Shown here: positions 11,613 to 22,012 of the stretch, piece by piece
How the letters are laid out: every line of letters starts with the position of its first letter
How positions within the stretch are numbered: position 1 is the first letter of the stretch
Assembly: GCA_963825865.1 (NCBI GenBank)
Contig: CAWGVG010000033.1
Coordinates: forward strand, 66,540 to 130,539
Reading direction: 5' to 3'
Source of the DNA: an uncultured Nitrososphaeraceae archaeon
Lineage (GTDB): Archaea; Thermoproteota; Nitrososphaeria; Nitrososphaerales; Nitrososphaeraceae
Length of the DNA: 64,000 nucleotides
Position numbers and translations under genes: made by a program
Notes under the pieces: generated by a model
Told to the model about the DNA's origin: nothing
Seen by the model: only the letters and a program-made list of their open reading frames with translations
Database searches by the model: none

Positions 11613-12131
11613 TTATCTTATCAAATTACAAATTATCGTACCCTTAAAACTACCCTTCTTGCCATCAAGAGCAGTAAATGATATTACTGTATCATTTGTA
11701 TTGCATTGTCCTGTTATGCTGATATAATTAACTTTTACAATACTACCGATTCTGTTTCCACTTTGACAAATGTTGTCTTGATTCTCTGAACCATCAATGG
11801 AGATGTCATTTAGCCTAGATGACAAATCGATGCCGTTAATAGAGCCGGAATTAGGATGTGCCATGTGCGGTTGCAGATTTAGCGCGCCAATACTCCAAAT
11901 ACCAGATGTTACTGTTTTTCCTGTCACCTCAAATTGAATTTGCTCATTATTGAAAGTCAAACCGTTAGGACAGGAAAGCGTGCCCATTCCAAATCCGCTA
12001 ACGACCTTGGTTGGAGCTTTAACTCCACTGAGGACGGTCGGAGAGAGCGTTAGAATTATAGCTAGTATGGCTATGCTTGCTAGACTGCTAAGTGCTTTAC
12101 TGATATTCTTCATACACACAAAGACTTGCAA
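11613..12131 (-). CDS. Secreted hypothetical protein
   Basis: Hydrophobic signal segment followed by a beta-rich domain with Cys residues. Confidence 0.7.
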   Translation of the reverse strand: MQVFVCMKNISKALSSLASIAILAIILTLSPTVLSGVKAPTKVVSGFGMGTLSCPNGLTFNNEQIQFEVTGKTVTSGIWSIGALNLQPHMAHPNSGSINGIDLSSRLNDISIDGSENQDNICQSGNRIGSIVKVNYISITGQCNTNDTVISFTALDGKKGSFKGTIICNLIR

Positions 12132-12563
12132 ACCGTGGCTTTTAATGCCCGTGGTTAATATCTATGAAATTTGTCTATAGGAAATATTTACTTGAAAAAA
12201 ATGGACTATTCTATTCAATATACCCATAAGCTTCGGCATTCCTTTTACCCACATATCCTTCTGCTATTTTAGTAGCCCTCTTTTTCATAATCATGTATTT
12301 TTGCAGTACCATATATTGTTACAAATGAAAATGGTGGTGTTTGTGTCGTATAAAATGAGACCAATTGTCATGGGTGTGCTTCTTCAAATACTATTCTGAA
12401 AGCTTTCTTGTACCTGCAAAAAATAGATTCTGAAGGCAGGTAAAAATACTTATACCTTAAGTATTTTTATTACATTCCAAAGCCTCGCAGCAGATTTCAT
12501 GGACATTCCTTGCAGCTACATTGTATCTCTGAACTTAAGTCGCGATATATATTAGTTAACTAG

Positions 12564-14228
12564 TCAATTAGATGGAAAAATGCGAAAGTTAAACCCAAAT
12601 TCAGTGCTGCCTCCACCTGTACGTGCTAATGCAGCAGCGTTTTTATTATCACTTTCTATAGGAAATAAAGCATCTATAGTTGTATTATTGCCCATCGTTA
12701 TTGTGGAGCTTTGCTGCATAGGACCATCAGATCCAGAACCTCCAATGTAGCTTCTGCTGGTAGGGCTTTGATATACACCTCTTGGAGATTTTGCCTTATG
12801 AGGATGGTTTGTGCTGATGCTACTGTCGTCTGATCCGGGACCCACATTGTCGCGACTGCTGCCGCTTTCTCTTCCACCTGTAGCCACAGGATTATAGTTA
12901 CTGCTGCCACTACTGTGACCGGGATAGCCCAGGTATTCCATACCTGATACCTTGCCAGTGCCGCTGTTCCCTAGACTAGTTACTTGATTGGCATTAGCTG
13001 CGTCAGGGTAGCCCAGGTATGAATCCTTACCTGATACCTTGCCAGTGCCGCTGTTCCCTAGACTAGTTACTTGATTGGCATTAGCTGCGTCAGGGTAGCC
13101 CAGGTATGAATCCTTACCTGATACCTTGCCAGTGCCGCCGTTCCCTAGACTAGTTACTTGATTGGCATTAGCTGCGTCAGGGTAGCCCAGGTATGAATCC
13201 TTACCTGATACCTTGCCAGTGCCGCCGTTCCCTAGACTAGTTACTTGATTGGCATTAGCTGCGTCAGGGTAGCCCAGGTATGAATCCTTACCTGATACCT
13301 TGCCAGTGCCGCCGTTCCCTAGACTAGTTACTTGATTGGCATTAGCTGCGTCAGGGTAGCCCAGGTATGAATCCTTACCTGATACCTTGCCAGTGCCGCC
13401 GTTCCCTAGACTAGTTACTTGATTGGCATTAGCTGCGTCAGGGTAGCCCAGGTATGAATCCTTACCTGATACCTTGCCAGTGCCGCCGTTCCCTAGAAAC
13501 GTGGTAGTAATTACTTGACTGGCATTAGCTGCGTCAGGGTAGCCCAGGTATTCCATACCTGATAGGTTGCCAGTGCCGCCGTTCCCTAGAAACTTTGTAC
13601 TAGTTACTTGACTGGCATTCTTGGAAATCAGGTACGGTAGTATTGCACTTCTGGTATTATTAGATACTACATGAGTGGTCTGCTGGATCGGAATGGTATT
13701 CTTATAAGTTGTATTTGATACATTTTGCTGCCCCTGTTGTTGTTTAGCAGTAGTCGCCACTCCAGTAATATTTACACTATTAAAAGATGTTAAACCAGGA
13801 TTATTACTGCATGTATATTTAGCTGTAATTTTATTATTTGGTCCTTGTTTTATTGTAGTGTAATTAGAACTAAGTACAAAATTCCATTTAGAAAAATCTG
13901 CTCCTCCGCCAGGGCCAATTCCAGTAGCCGGTTGATATGGTTTTACACCATTTGCAATAACAGATACTTGGCAATGAGTTGTTGTTATTGTTGCATTACC
14001 AGGAGTATAGACTCCAGACACTGTAAGTTCTTTATCTATTGGTAATTCTTGGCCTTTAGTAGGAGATGTTATTTTAATAGAATGTAATTTCGGGACTGAT
14101 GGTGATGGCGTCTGCTGTGTATTTATGGCTACCTTTTGGGCATAAATTACAGTGGTATTGGTCAAAACAGCAAAAATAAGTAAGCTGACCACCAACAATA
14201 CTGTGAAAACTCGAGTACCGTAATTCAT
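12564..14228 (-). CDS. Secreted protein with Ig-like N-terminal domain and 29-aa tandem repeats
   Basis: Signal peptide; IKITSP...CQVSVIANG...KITAKYTC domain; repeats SLGNGGTGKVSGKDSYLGYPDAANANQVT. Confidence 0.85.
   Translation of the reverse strand: MNYGTRVFTVLLVVSLLIFAVLTNTTVIYAQKVAINTQQTPSPSVPKLHSIKITSPTKGQELPIDKELTVSGVYTPGNATITTTHCQVSVIANGVKPYQPATGIGPGGGADFSKWNFVLSSNYTTIKQGPNNKITAKYTCSNNPGLTSFNSVNITGVATTAKQQQGQQNVSNTTYKNTIPIQQTTHVVSNNTRSAILPYLISKNASQVTSTKFLGNGGTGNLSGMEYLGYPDAANASQVITTTFLGNGGTGKVSGKDSYLGYPDAANANQVTSLGNGGTGKVSGKDSYLGYPDAANANQVTSLGNGGTGKVSGKDSYLGYPDAANANQVTSLGNGGTGKVSGKDSYLGYPDAANANQVTSLGNGGTGKVSGKDSYLGYPDAANANQVTSLGNSGTGKVSGKDSYLGYPDAANANQVTSLGNSGTGKVSGMEYLGYPGHSSGSSNYNPVATGGRESGSSRDNVGPGSDDSSISTNHPHKAKSPRGVYQSPTSRSYIGGSGSDGPMQQSSTITMGNNTTIDALFPIESDNKNAAALARTGGGSTEFGFNFRIFPSN
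12920..13620. repeat. 87-bp coding tandem repeat, about 8 units
   Basis: GCCAGTGCCG recurs at 12954, 13041, 13128, 13215, 13302, 13389, 13476 and, 93 bp later, 13569. Confidence 0.95.
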
Positions 14229-14472
14229 ATAATTATCAAATATTGTTAACGTACTTTATATGGAGATGGTTTCACAATAGTATAACCAAGCTTAAAGTGA
14301 TTCTAGACCTATTTTTTTATGAATGATTGTATTATTACATAGTGAGAGTGAGATGTCTCATGAGATGTATCACAAATGGTAACGATCCATTTGTTGATAG
14401 ATAATAGTTAGTAATAGATTATGCAAATAAAATAGCTATTGAATTGTTAACGTGTCTACAACCTTTGAATCG

Positions 14473-14712
14473 CTAACTTTTCCTTTTTCTAATTTTTGAT
14501 ATTGCATATTGAAGAAGATATTTTTGATCTTTCAATCCTGTAGATCTCCAATAGTATTTGTTAACAATGTAAGATATGACCCACCAAATAACACTATTCA
14601 CTACGATCGTAAATGGAAAACCATAATAATATGTCATTATTGTGCCAGTTATAGTACCGCCTATAAGAAATGGTATTTGGCGCTTCATTATTGACTTTAG
14701 AATTTTGTCCAC
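14473..14712 (-). CDS. Small membrane protein
   Basis: 79 aa, two hydrophobic segments, basic tail. Confidence 0.65.
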   Translation of the reverse strand: MDKILKSIMKRQIPFLIGGTITGTIMTYYYGFPFTIVVNSVIWWVISYIVNKYYWRSTGLKDQKYLLQYAISKIRKRKS

Positions 14713-15131
14713 GTCGACGTGTGCTCTCTATATCCCATATAGATCGCTTGGTTTATTAATATTATAAAAATAGGTATCAGTTTCAGTTGACTATACATGA
14801 TTTTCACTTCCTCCTCCCAAAATAATTTACGTATTTCTAATACTTGATTATACTCCTAACAATTGTGTAAATCGTCTGTTGTATACAATTATAATTATGC
14901 ATTTTGGAAACGGCTTATTATTATCTTTACCATTCACCAATCTTGGGTACATAGTTATAATACGTTAAGGCGATGACGCTGCATATTCCACACATAATAG
15001 TTCAAACATAATATGACAGAGAACGGGAAGGAAAATTTTACACTGAAAAAAGGTCACTTCAAAAAAGTCGTTCAGTACATCAGTAGTAGAAAGAAAAAGG
15101 TCTTTCTTTTGTTCCTTTTTTTACATTTAGT

Positions 15132-15557
15132 TCAAGCGGTTCCTTGCTCAGATTCGTCTTCGGTTTCGGTTTCGGTTGCACCCGCTGTTCCTTTTGTCAT
15201 TCCGCTTCTTCTAGCTCTTTCTGTCGCCTCTTGAGTGTTTTGTCCTGCTTGTCCTGGTTCTGTAATCACTTCACTCATTTCTCTCTTTACAGCCGTTGGT
15301 TCATGTTCCTTTATTTTTGCAGGTGTCATCGGCTCTTTCTCTTTGTACTGAGTTAGAGGATCTTCTTTTCCTCCGTATTCATGGTCTGTGCCTGATCCAC
15401 CTTCTTCAAATCGTCTGTCTTCAGCGTTACTAGTAGAACTACCTGTAGTGGAAGATATACCTTCTTTAGTTGTGTTAGTTGCCTTCTCTGTAACACCCTT
15501 TACTTTGTCTTTAGCATCCGTTACTTTTTCTTTAACCTTATCCTTAATCTTACTCAT
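15132..15557 (-). CDS. Hydrophilic, LEA/stress-like hypothetical protein
   Basis: K/E/T/G-rich; KDKVKEKVTDAKDKVK repeats. Confidence 0.75.
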   Translation of the reverse strand: MSKIKDKVKEKVTDAKDKVKGVTEKATNTTKEGISSTTGSSTSNAEDRRFEEGGSGTDHEYGGKEDPLTQYKEKEPMTPAKIKEHEPTAVKREMSEVITEPGQAGQNTQEATERARRSGMTKGTAGATETETEDESEQGTA

Positions 15558-16097
15558 TGTTATTGAACTATTCTACAATGTATTAATGAATCCTCTACAA
15601 TTATTATATAAGAAAAATTAGTACATTTATCTATAAATCCTATGCACTTTTTGGCATATTAGTTCTATGACAGTATAATATATTTGTTATTTGCAGATAA
15701 GTAAACAAAAATATTATATGTTGATGCAATCTATTATGAAAAAGTTAGCGCATACAGCCAATGATTCATTCCTGCTACTGAAACAAACATTCAGATGTCA
15801 ATCTCTTCCCCCGATAGGGGGCATGAATCTCTACCGTTTATCTTTGTCAGAGTAATGTGGTTACAAAATACCTTCCTTTGAAAAAGTTTTCTCTCTTCAA
15901 CTCTATCGAAGATTAACGTACTTTGGTTTAAGGCCAGCTTGTTTTCTGTTTCAGCAAACACTATCGGTTCATCATCTGTCTTAGTTATACAGATTTTAAT
16001 GTAGTGTGAACCTTCTCCATGCTGTCTGAAGCGGATTGTAAAACATGTTTAGCCGTTACAAAGTGCGCTGCATGAAGGTCAGATTGTGATTGAATGC

Positions 16098-16397
16098 CTA
16101 CAAAAAAACCTGTTCCGAGAGGGATAACTCCATTGATTTTTTCTTCAAAAATTCGTATTGTTCAATGTAAGCAAATGTAGCTTCTCGTACTTACAAACCA
16201 ATATGTGCAGATTCAAGAATCTTTTTTGGTTGACCTGTTTGAGGATCTATCACATACTGTCCTGTTCTTGGGTCTAAAAGATATTCCTGGCTTAACTCAA
16301 GTGCTTTTGCTTGAAGAAAATCATAAACTTCGTCATTAACTCTGAAACCAACTGGTGTCAGTTTGTTTTTCTTAGGCTTAGTGTTAGGTGTTGACAT
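16098..16397 (-). pseudogene. Ribbon-helix-helix-like DNA-binding protein with an in-frame TAA at 16191-16193
   Basis: Strand-helix KLTPVGFRVNDEVYDFLQAKA; reading through the stop gives IGL*VREATFAYIEQYEFLKKK, a typical second RHH helix; 3' coordinate approximate. Confidence 0.55.
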
Positions 16398-16419
16398 TTA
16401 TCACTTTATCACTTATCAC
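16398..16419. promoter_or_regulatory. Three adjacent TTATCAC heptamers abutting the start codon of the RHH-like gene (putative operator)
   Basis: TTATCAC at 16398, 16406, 16413; start codon (CAT on + strand) at 16395-16397. Confidence 0.65.
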
Positions 16420-16654
16420 GCAAGGTAAATCCGGATTCTTTTTAAGGCTGAGCATAAAATGCCCTAAAGTGCGAACCAAATGGACCTCAATCAGGTTTAA
16501 TTGGTTCTTACAACTTTTTTCTACAACAGAAATTATTCCAGCTAAGCCTTTATACACTATCATATAATTTTTGAATTTATAACAGTTAGCATAAAACTGG
16601 GGAAAACTGGCAAAAAACAAACTTTTTGTGATTGACTTTTTCCGGAAAATTTTG

Positions 16655-16862
16655 TTATCACTTTATAGAATGTTATCACTAACCAAGGTTCTTATCACAA
16701 ACACCGGGACTTATCACGCAAACCATGCCTTATCACGAAAACATGTCTTACCACCTAGGGTATGAGTTATCACTCTGAAAATTTTTATCACTCTTATCAC
16801 TCTTATCACGTCCGTTAACTTTATCACAGAAAAATCTTATGTGATAATGTAAATCTTATCAC
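16655..16862. repeat. Phased TTATCAC heptamer array (iteron/centromere-like)
   Basis: Copies at 16655, 16673, 16692, 16711, 16730, 16748 (TTACCAC), 16767, 16785, 16794, 16803, 16821, 16856; inverted copy at 16841. Confidence 0.9.
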
Positions 16863-16995
16863 GTATCTCATCTTTTTTTGTGATATAAGGCATAAGCAAT
16901 GATTCAAAGTGCGGTAAATGAGTATTGGAAACTAATAGCAATTGATTCACTTGAAAGTTCTATCAATGCAGAAAGACTGTCAGATGCAGAACAGC

Positions 16996-17283
16996 CTATA
17001 TTAGCATAGCTATGTAATGCTCAGTAAAGTAATCTTGTGATGATATGTACTTGTTGTTGTTGTCCTCCATACATAAATTATTGTCTATTAAAATACCATT
17101 TACAACAATATCAATATAGTCATTGGGAATATTAGTATAATTTTTGAGTTTACTGCGTAAATCACCTTCCCAATTCGTTGCAATAACATTTTGGTTAATT
17201 TGTGGCGCAATTATTCTAAATCCATTAAAGAAGGGAGACGTAAAAGTAACAAAGAAGCCGTATGTTAATGAAGTAATAGCCAT
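16996..17283 (-). CDS. Hypothetical protein, possibly a fragment
   Basis: 95-aa ORF with hydrophobic N-terminus. Confidence 0.4.
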   Translation of the reverse strand: MAITSLTYGFFVTFTSPFFNGFRIIAPQINQNVIATNWEGDLRSKLKNYTNIPNDYIDIVVNGILIDNNLCMEDNNNKYISSQDYFTEHYIAMLI

Positions 17284-17480
17284 AAAGAAGAAGCCAGTAA
17301 ATGAAGATGTAACAAGCCCCTTTTTTACTACCCTACGAAGTTCCTAATTCGTTTTTAAATTTGCAAAACATTATACGGTTTATGGTAATAGTGGCGCTAA
17401 TCAGGATTCGACTAAACAGGTCTTGCAGTAAGGTTATAGTTTATTACCTAGTTTAATAAAGATATTTTACTGTTTGTTGT

Positions 17481-17681
17481 ATGGCGTCTAGAGATGAACA
17501 TACTATCAAGTGTAGTATTTGTGGACGAATGTTGATAGTTAGTGATATCGTTAATAATGGAGTAGCTTTTCTAAGCCATTTGAAATTAGACCATGGTATT
17601 ACATATACTCCTCAACGTATGACTGAAGTACGGACCAAGAGTAAAAGTGTAGAAAATCAAACATACAAACTACTTGAATAA
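17481..17681 (+). CDS. Small C2H2-type zinc-finger protein
   Basis: CSICG...HLKLDH. Confidence 0.65.
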   Translation: MASRDEHTIKCSICGRMLIVSDIVNNGVAFLSHLKLDHGITYTPQRMTEVRTKSKSVENQTYKLLE

Positions 17682-17940
17682 GTATATAATTATAAGACTA
17701 AAACTCGTTGTTATCATATCTACCATTAGATCTTGAAGAAACAAGTATGTATTCCAACAACAAATAAAATCTTGGAAAGCATTTCTATATAATAATAGAG
17801 TGTAAAAATAACACCTTTTCTTAACACCTTAAGTAAGCTTCATAACACTAATCTCAAGAGCCCTCACTGGCAATACTATATCGTTAAATAATTTAGGGTA
17901 CTGCTGTTTGATCCTAAATGAATATGTTATCATCCGATTC

Positions 17941-18072
17941 CTAGTAATCATTATTAGAGGTGATCACCTTATCTACTGGATGAGGGATCTCGCCTTTTTC
18001 CGCATGCTCTGCCATATGTTTGGAAGCATTTTCATTATCTATGTTTTTGTTGCATATCCTACAGGAAACCAT
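17941..18072 (-). CDS. Unlisted 43-aa C2H2-type zinc-finger microprotein
   Basis: Manual translation MVSCRICNKNIDNENASKHMAEHAEKGEIPHPVDKVITSNNDY. Confidence 0.5.
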   Translation of the reverse strand: MVSCRICNKNIDNENASKHMAEHAEKGEIPHPVDKVITSNNDY

Positions 18073-18255
18073 AGAGGTTTTTGTTTACTCTATTTTTAAC
18101 TCTTCTGGTTATTGGCCACTATAAACGAAAGGGGTTAATATGAACATGTAACGGGTTCATTGTTTTATTGATCAACTCTTAGATTCAACCTACAATATCG
18201 TATGGCATTTTTGTATATTGGTTATTCCTTGGTTTAGCTATTTTTATCATTATTA

Positions 18256-19611
18256 TTATCGATGACCCCATGTAAAAAACATAATTACAACTGACGCACC
18301 CATTGCGAGAAATGTCGACCAGCCCACAATATTAGGCATTTTTCCATTAGTATTTTCTTTGAGGATTTTCTTATCATTTGATATCTTCATAATTGCAAAG
18401 AGAATGGGAACAGCGGTAATCCCGTTTATAATAGCTGTGTATAATAACGCTTTAATTGGGTCTATATTTACAAAATTCATTAGCAATCCTATTGATGTCG
18501 AAGCAGCTATTACTAAATAAAACGCCTTTGCCTGTCTGAATCTTTTATTCAGACCTTGTTTCCATCCAAATGTATCGGCTAATGCGTAGCCTGATGAACC
18601 AGCTAAAACGGGTACCGCCAATAGTCCAGTTCCAATTATACCAAATGCAAATATGGTTTTAGATATCTCACCTGAATGCGGAAATGACTTTACTAAAGGT
18701 TCTAACGCCTTTGCAGCTTGTTCTGCAGTTTTTATATCAGTTATGCCATGAGAGTGAAGACTTCCTGCCGTTGTTATCATTATAGTCCATGCAATTAATT
18801 CTGCAAATGCAATTCCTGCTGCAATATCTATTTTCATAAACTTTATTTCCTTTTTTGACACTCTAGGATTGCCTTTTCCAATTTCTTTTATCTTTTGTTT
18901 GGCAACATCTTCTTCAGCTTCTTCGGATGTTTGCCAGAAAAATAAGTAAGGCGATATTGAAGTACCAAATATAGCAACAAATATCATTGCAAATGCCGGT
19001 GTGAGCTCTATATGTGGAATTATGCTTGATACTAATATCTGGCTCCAGTTACCTCCAACAATAGTGGCAGTGATAACATACGCAAAAAGAGAGAGTGCAA
19101 TATATTTTAGAATCATTACATATTTTTTATACGGTATGATAATCTCAGAACCAATGATTAATAATGCAAAAGAAATTGTAGTCATAAAAACTGGTAGCTC
19201 AGGAACCAAAAGTCTTACAGATGCTCCCATCGCGGCAATATCAGCCCCTATGTTTATCGTATTTGCAATAATGAGCAGGCCTGCGAGTGGAAATACAACC
19301 TTCTTTGAGTACCTCTTCTTTATAACAGAAGATAACCCGTTACCTGTCACCAATCCTATCCTTGCGCAAATTTCCTGAATAACGGTCATCATGGGATATT
19401 GAAATAATGCCATCCATAACAATCCAAAGCCGAACTGTGCTCCTGCTTGGGAAAACGTTGCTATACCTGATGGGTCATCGTCAGATGCTCCTGTTATCAC
19501 CCCGGGACCAAAAGACTTGAGCGTTTGTTTGACAGAGGATAACTCGGTTGCTTCTTTTTTTCCTTTTTGGTGCTCTTCGTCTGCTATTTTTTCACCATCG
19601 TCATCTTCCAT
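18256..19611 (-). CDS. NRAMP-family divalent metal transporter
   Basis: GPGVITGASDDDPSGIATFSQAGAQFG, GTSISPYLFFWQ; about 11 TM helices. Confidence 0.92.
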   Translation of the reverse strand: MEDDDGEKIADEEHQKGKKEATELSSVKQTLKSFGPGVITGASDDDPSGIATFSQAGAQFGFGLLWMALFQYPMMTVIQEICARIGLVTGNGLSSVIKKRYSKKVVFPLAGLLIIANTINIGADIAAMGASVRLLVPELPVFMTTISFALLIIGSEIIIPYKKYVMILKYIALSLFAYVITATIVGGNWSQILVSSIIPHIELTPAFAMIFVAIFGTSISPYLFFWQTSEEAEEDVAKQKIKEIGKGNPRVSKKEIKFMKIDIAAGIAFAELIAWTIMITTAGSLHSHGITDIKTAEQAAKALEPLVKSFPHSGEISKTIFAFGIIGTGLLAVPVLAGSSGYALADTFGWKQGLNKRFRQAKAFYLVIAASTSIGLLMNFVNIDPIKALLYTAIINGITAVPILFAIMKISNDKKILKENTNGKMPNIVGWSTFLAMGASVVIMFFTWGHR

Positions 19612-20301
19612 CCAATGATTCCTCTAGCTTTTATTTTATATGGATATATATCAAACAACCAGGTTTTTCTTTTTATCCATTTGGATAATTATTAATTAGC
19701 AGCTTTAAAACATATAATGATGTTATCATATATACATTGTTCAGACGCAATAATACTGTCATGAATTACCTCGAATACTATCGTTTTTTTAATTTTCTTA
19801 TTAAATCCTGTCTATTTACAATCATGTGCTAGTACTTTTTGTACGACTTTCTTTAAGCAGTCATATTTATAAATTCTATCTCAGAAAGCGCGCTAATCGT
19901 TAATTACAATATTTGTACTTATTTCAAAACAAATTTAATCGATTATTACTTCATATGGCCTTGGCCGTTGTTCGCAGTTCGTCTTCGAAATAAAGTGACC
20001 TAACACACGATTGATTACATCATGCTTTAAAGTGCTTTGAATAATAGTTATAAACCTTTGAAGTTAAAGATCTTTAAGAATAGGAATAGAGAAAAAGGAT
20101 TGTATAACATTATTTTGTTAAAGTCAGTAGGTTTGGAATATCATTTACAATCGCTAACGTGTTGTTGTTTGAGAAAAAAAAGGAAGAAGATGGTATGAAC
20201 TGACAATAACGATACGAAAAAATCCAGAGTTCACTGACTTACTTCAGAAAAACCTCAAGTCCAGATACGAGGAAAAAAAAAGGCTAGACAATGTAGTACA
20301 T

Positions 20302-21024
20302 GTGTCTGATATTATTCCTAGCACTTGTATTAGGAAGCAATATTATTCTAGGAAGTTTCCCGAGATGGATCCTATCTCCAATAAATCAGTACACCATTTT
20401 GTTAGAGGTGAATCAAGCGAATTTGTTATCACACAGCTTGCCAAGATGGGAGTAGCACAAGTAGATATAGAAATGGACGGAATAGTCGCTCATCCAGACA
20501 TTATGACTAAAAATGGGGATGTAATAGTTGAATTAAAAGATACGGTTAGTGGCAAGCGTCTAGTATTTTCTGATAATATTTTTCGATCATATCTTAGACA
20601 GTTATTATATTATTTGGTTATGACTGGTATAGAAAAAGGAATTATTTCTATTAGATATAATATTAAAGAATTAAAGTGGATGAAAGGCGATTCACAAGGA
20701 AATAGTTATTTCTTAAGACCAGTAGATGCCAAAGACGTAGGTATAGAAAGTTGGGAAATATTTCTGCCATCAAGCGATGTCGCAAGAGAAATATTGAGGA
20801 ATGAAATGGTTAGGAGAAAGAATCTGTTTTTAAAAGCCTTACAAGAAAATGATGTGTCGGTATTACCAAGACTTCCAGAAAATACAAAAAAGAGTAAATG
20901 TCCTTATTGTCCATTTTACGACAAGTGTATGAATCATGATCAAGAGACAGGAGAGGCTAAAGAAATGGCAAATGAAATAGATTTGCTTGATATAAATGGT
21001 GTTGTGGATGTTAATCCTTTATAG
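20302..21024 (+). CDS. Solo Cas4-like PD-(D/E)XK nuclease with Fe-S Cys motif (frame stays open upstream to about 20200)
   Basis: HVSD..STCIRKQYY, HPD..VELK, RQLLYY, C-terminal CPYCPFYDKC. Confidence 0.8.
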   Translation: MSDIIPSTCIRKQYYSRKFPEMDPISNKSVHHFVRGESSEFVITQLAKMGVAQVDIEMDGIVAHPDIMTKNGDVIVELKDTVSGKRLVFSDNIFRSYLRQLLYYLVMTGIEKGIISIRYNIKELKWMKGDSQGNSYFLRPVDAKDVGIESWEIFLPSSDVAREILRNEMVRRKNLFLKALQENDVSVLPRLPENTKKSKCPYCPFYDKCMNHDQETGEAKEMANEIDLLDINGVVDVNPL

Positions 21025-21237
21025 ACTCTAGTTTCATTTAGAAGAAATAAATATATTTGCAACTTCTGAAATGCATTTTTCGACATTTAAGCAAACTTGT
21101 TGTTGTTGTTATACATTTTAATTTTGCTACATGCTCATATTAAAACATTCAAAGATGTGTTTAAAAAATAGGCTGTAATTAACTTGACTTCGTTGGTTTT
21201 ATGGAAGGACAGAAACTTGATAATGTCAAGCTATCCG

Positions 21238-21853
21238 CTAACCAATTGAATTAAATTTTGATATGAATTTCCACAAATACCATGTGGCTACACTTCTATA
21301 AGGTTTCCATGGTTGAGATATAGCTAGCATTGTAGATGAAGTAGGAAGTTCAGGAAGCGAATATACTTTCTGCATAGCCTTTCTGATTCCCAGATCTCCA
21401 ACAGGTAGAACATCAGGTCGTCCAAGGCAAAATATTAAGAACATCTCTGCTGTCCATCTTCCAATTCCCTTTACCTCAGTTAATTGGTCGATGATATCCT
21501 CATCTGTCATTGTAGGCAATACCTTCAAATCTAATCTATGGTCTGCAACTCGTGCAGACAGAATCCTTCAAGTACTGTATTTTTTTGCTTGATAATCCAA
21601 CCTTGCATTTTAGCATTGCATCAGGAGTTGACAAAATTTGTGAAGGTATAGGTACAGAATTGTTATAATATTTGATAAACCTTCCATAAATAATACTGGC
21701 AGCCGCTCCAGCAAGTTGTTGATAAATTATGGACTCAAGTAAGGATTGGAATGGATCGTGGCGAATTTTAATAGAATATTTTCCGACAGCATCAATTACT
21801 TTGTTAAGAACGGGATCTACTTCAGAAAGATACTTGACAGGATCTATGTTCAC
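21238..21853 (-). pseudogene. alkA: DNA-3-methyladenine glycosylase (AlkA, HhH-GPD), frameshifted
   Basis: SIIYQQLAG in one ORF; VKGIGRWTAEMFLIF and WKPYRSVATWYLW in the other. Confidence 0.85.
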
Positions 21854-22012
21854 AGGTTATTACTTGCACCTAAACTCTTAAAGTCCCCGATGGTAAGAGG
21901 GTTAGTACGTTACTATTATTATGAAATACTAACGTGTTGTGTTTGTGATGGTGCATGTCTGGTGTTCACCTGCACTTATGATACAAGTCGCAAATTGTGA
22001 ATTAAGTTCAGT

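Noticed and set aside
12920-13620. 87-bp repeats as a CRISPR array
   Set aside because: No unique spacers; unit is a multiple of 3 and lies in frame in a protein
16384-16620. 78-aa ORF overlapping the operator triplet
   Set aside because: No motif; spans the probable promoter of the RHH-like gene; likely spurious
16655-16862. Heptamer array as CRISPR, TIGR array or DnaA/ORB origin
   Set aside because: Repeat is only 7 nt with irregular 18/19/9 spacing and partly related spacers; no cas, Nop-domain (Tas), dnaA or cdc6 gene nearby; TTATCAC is not the 9-mer DnaA box
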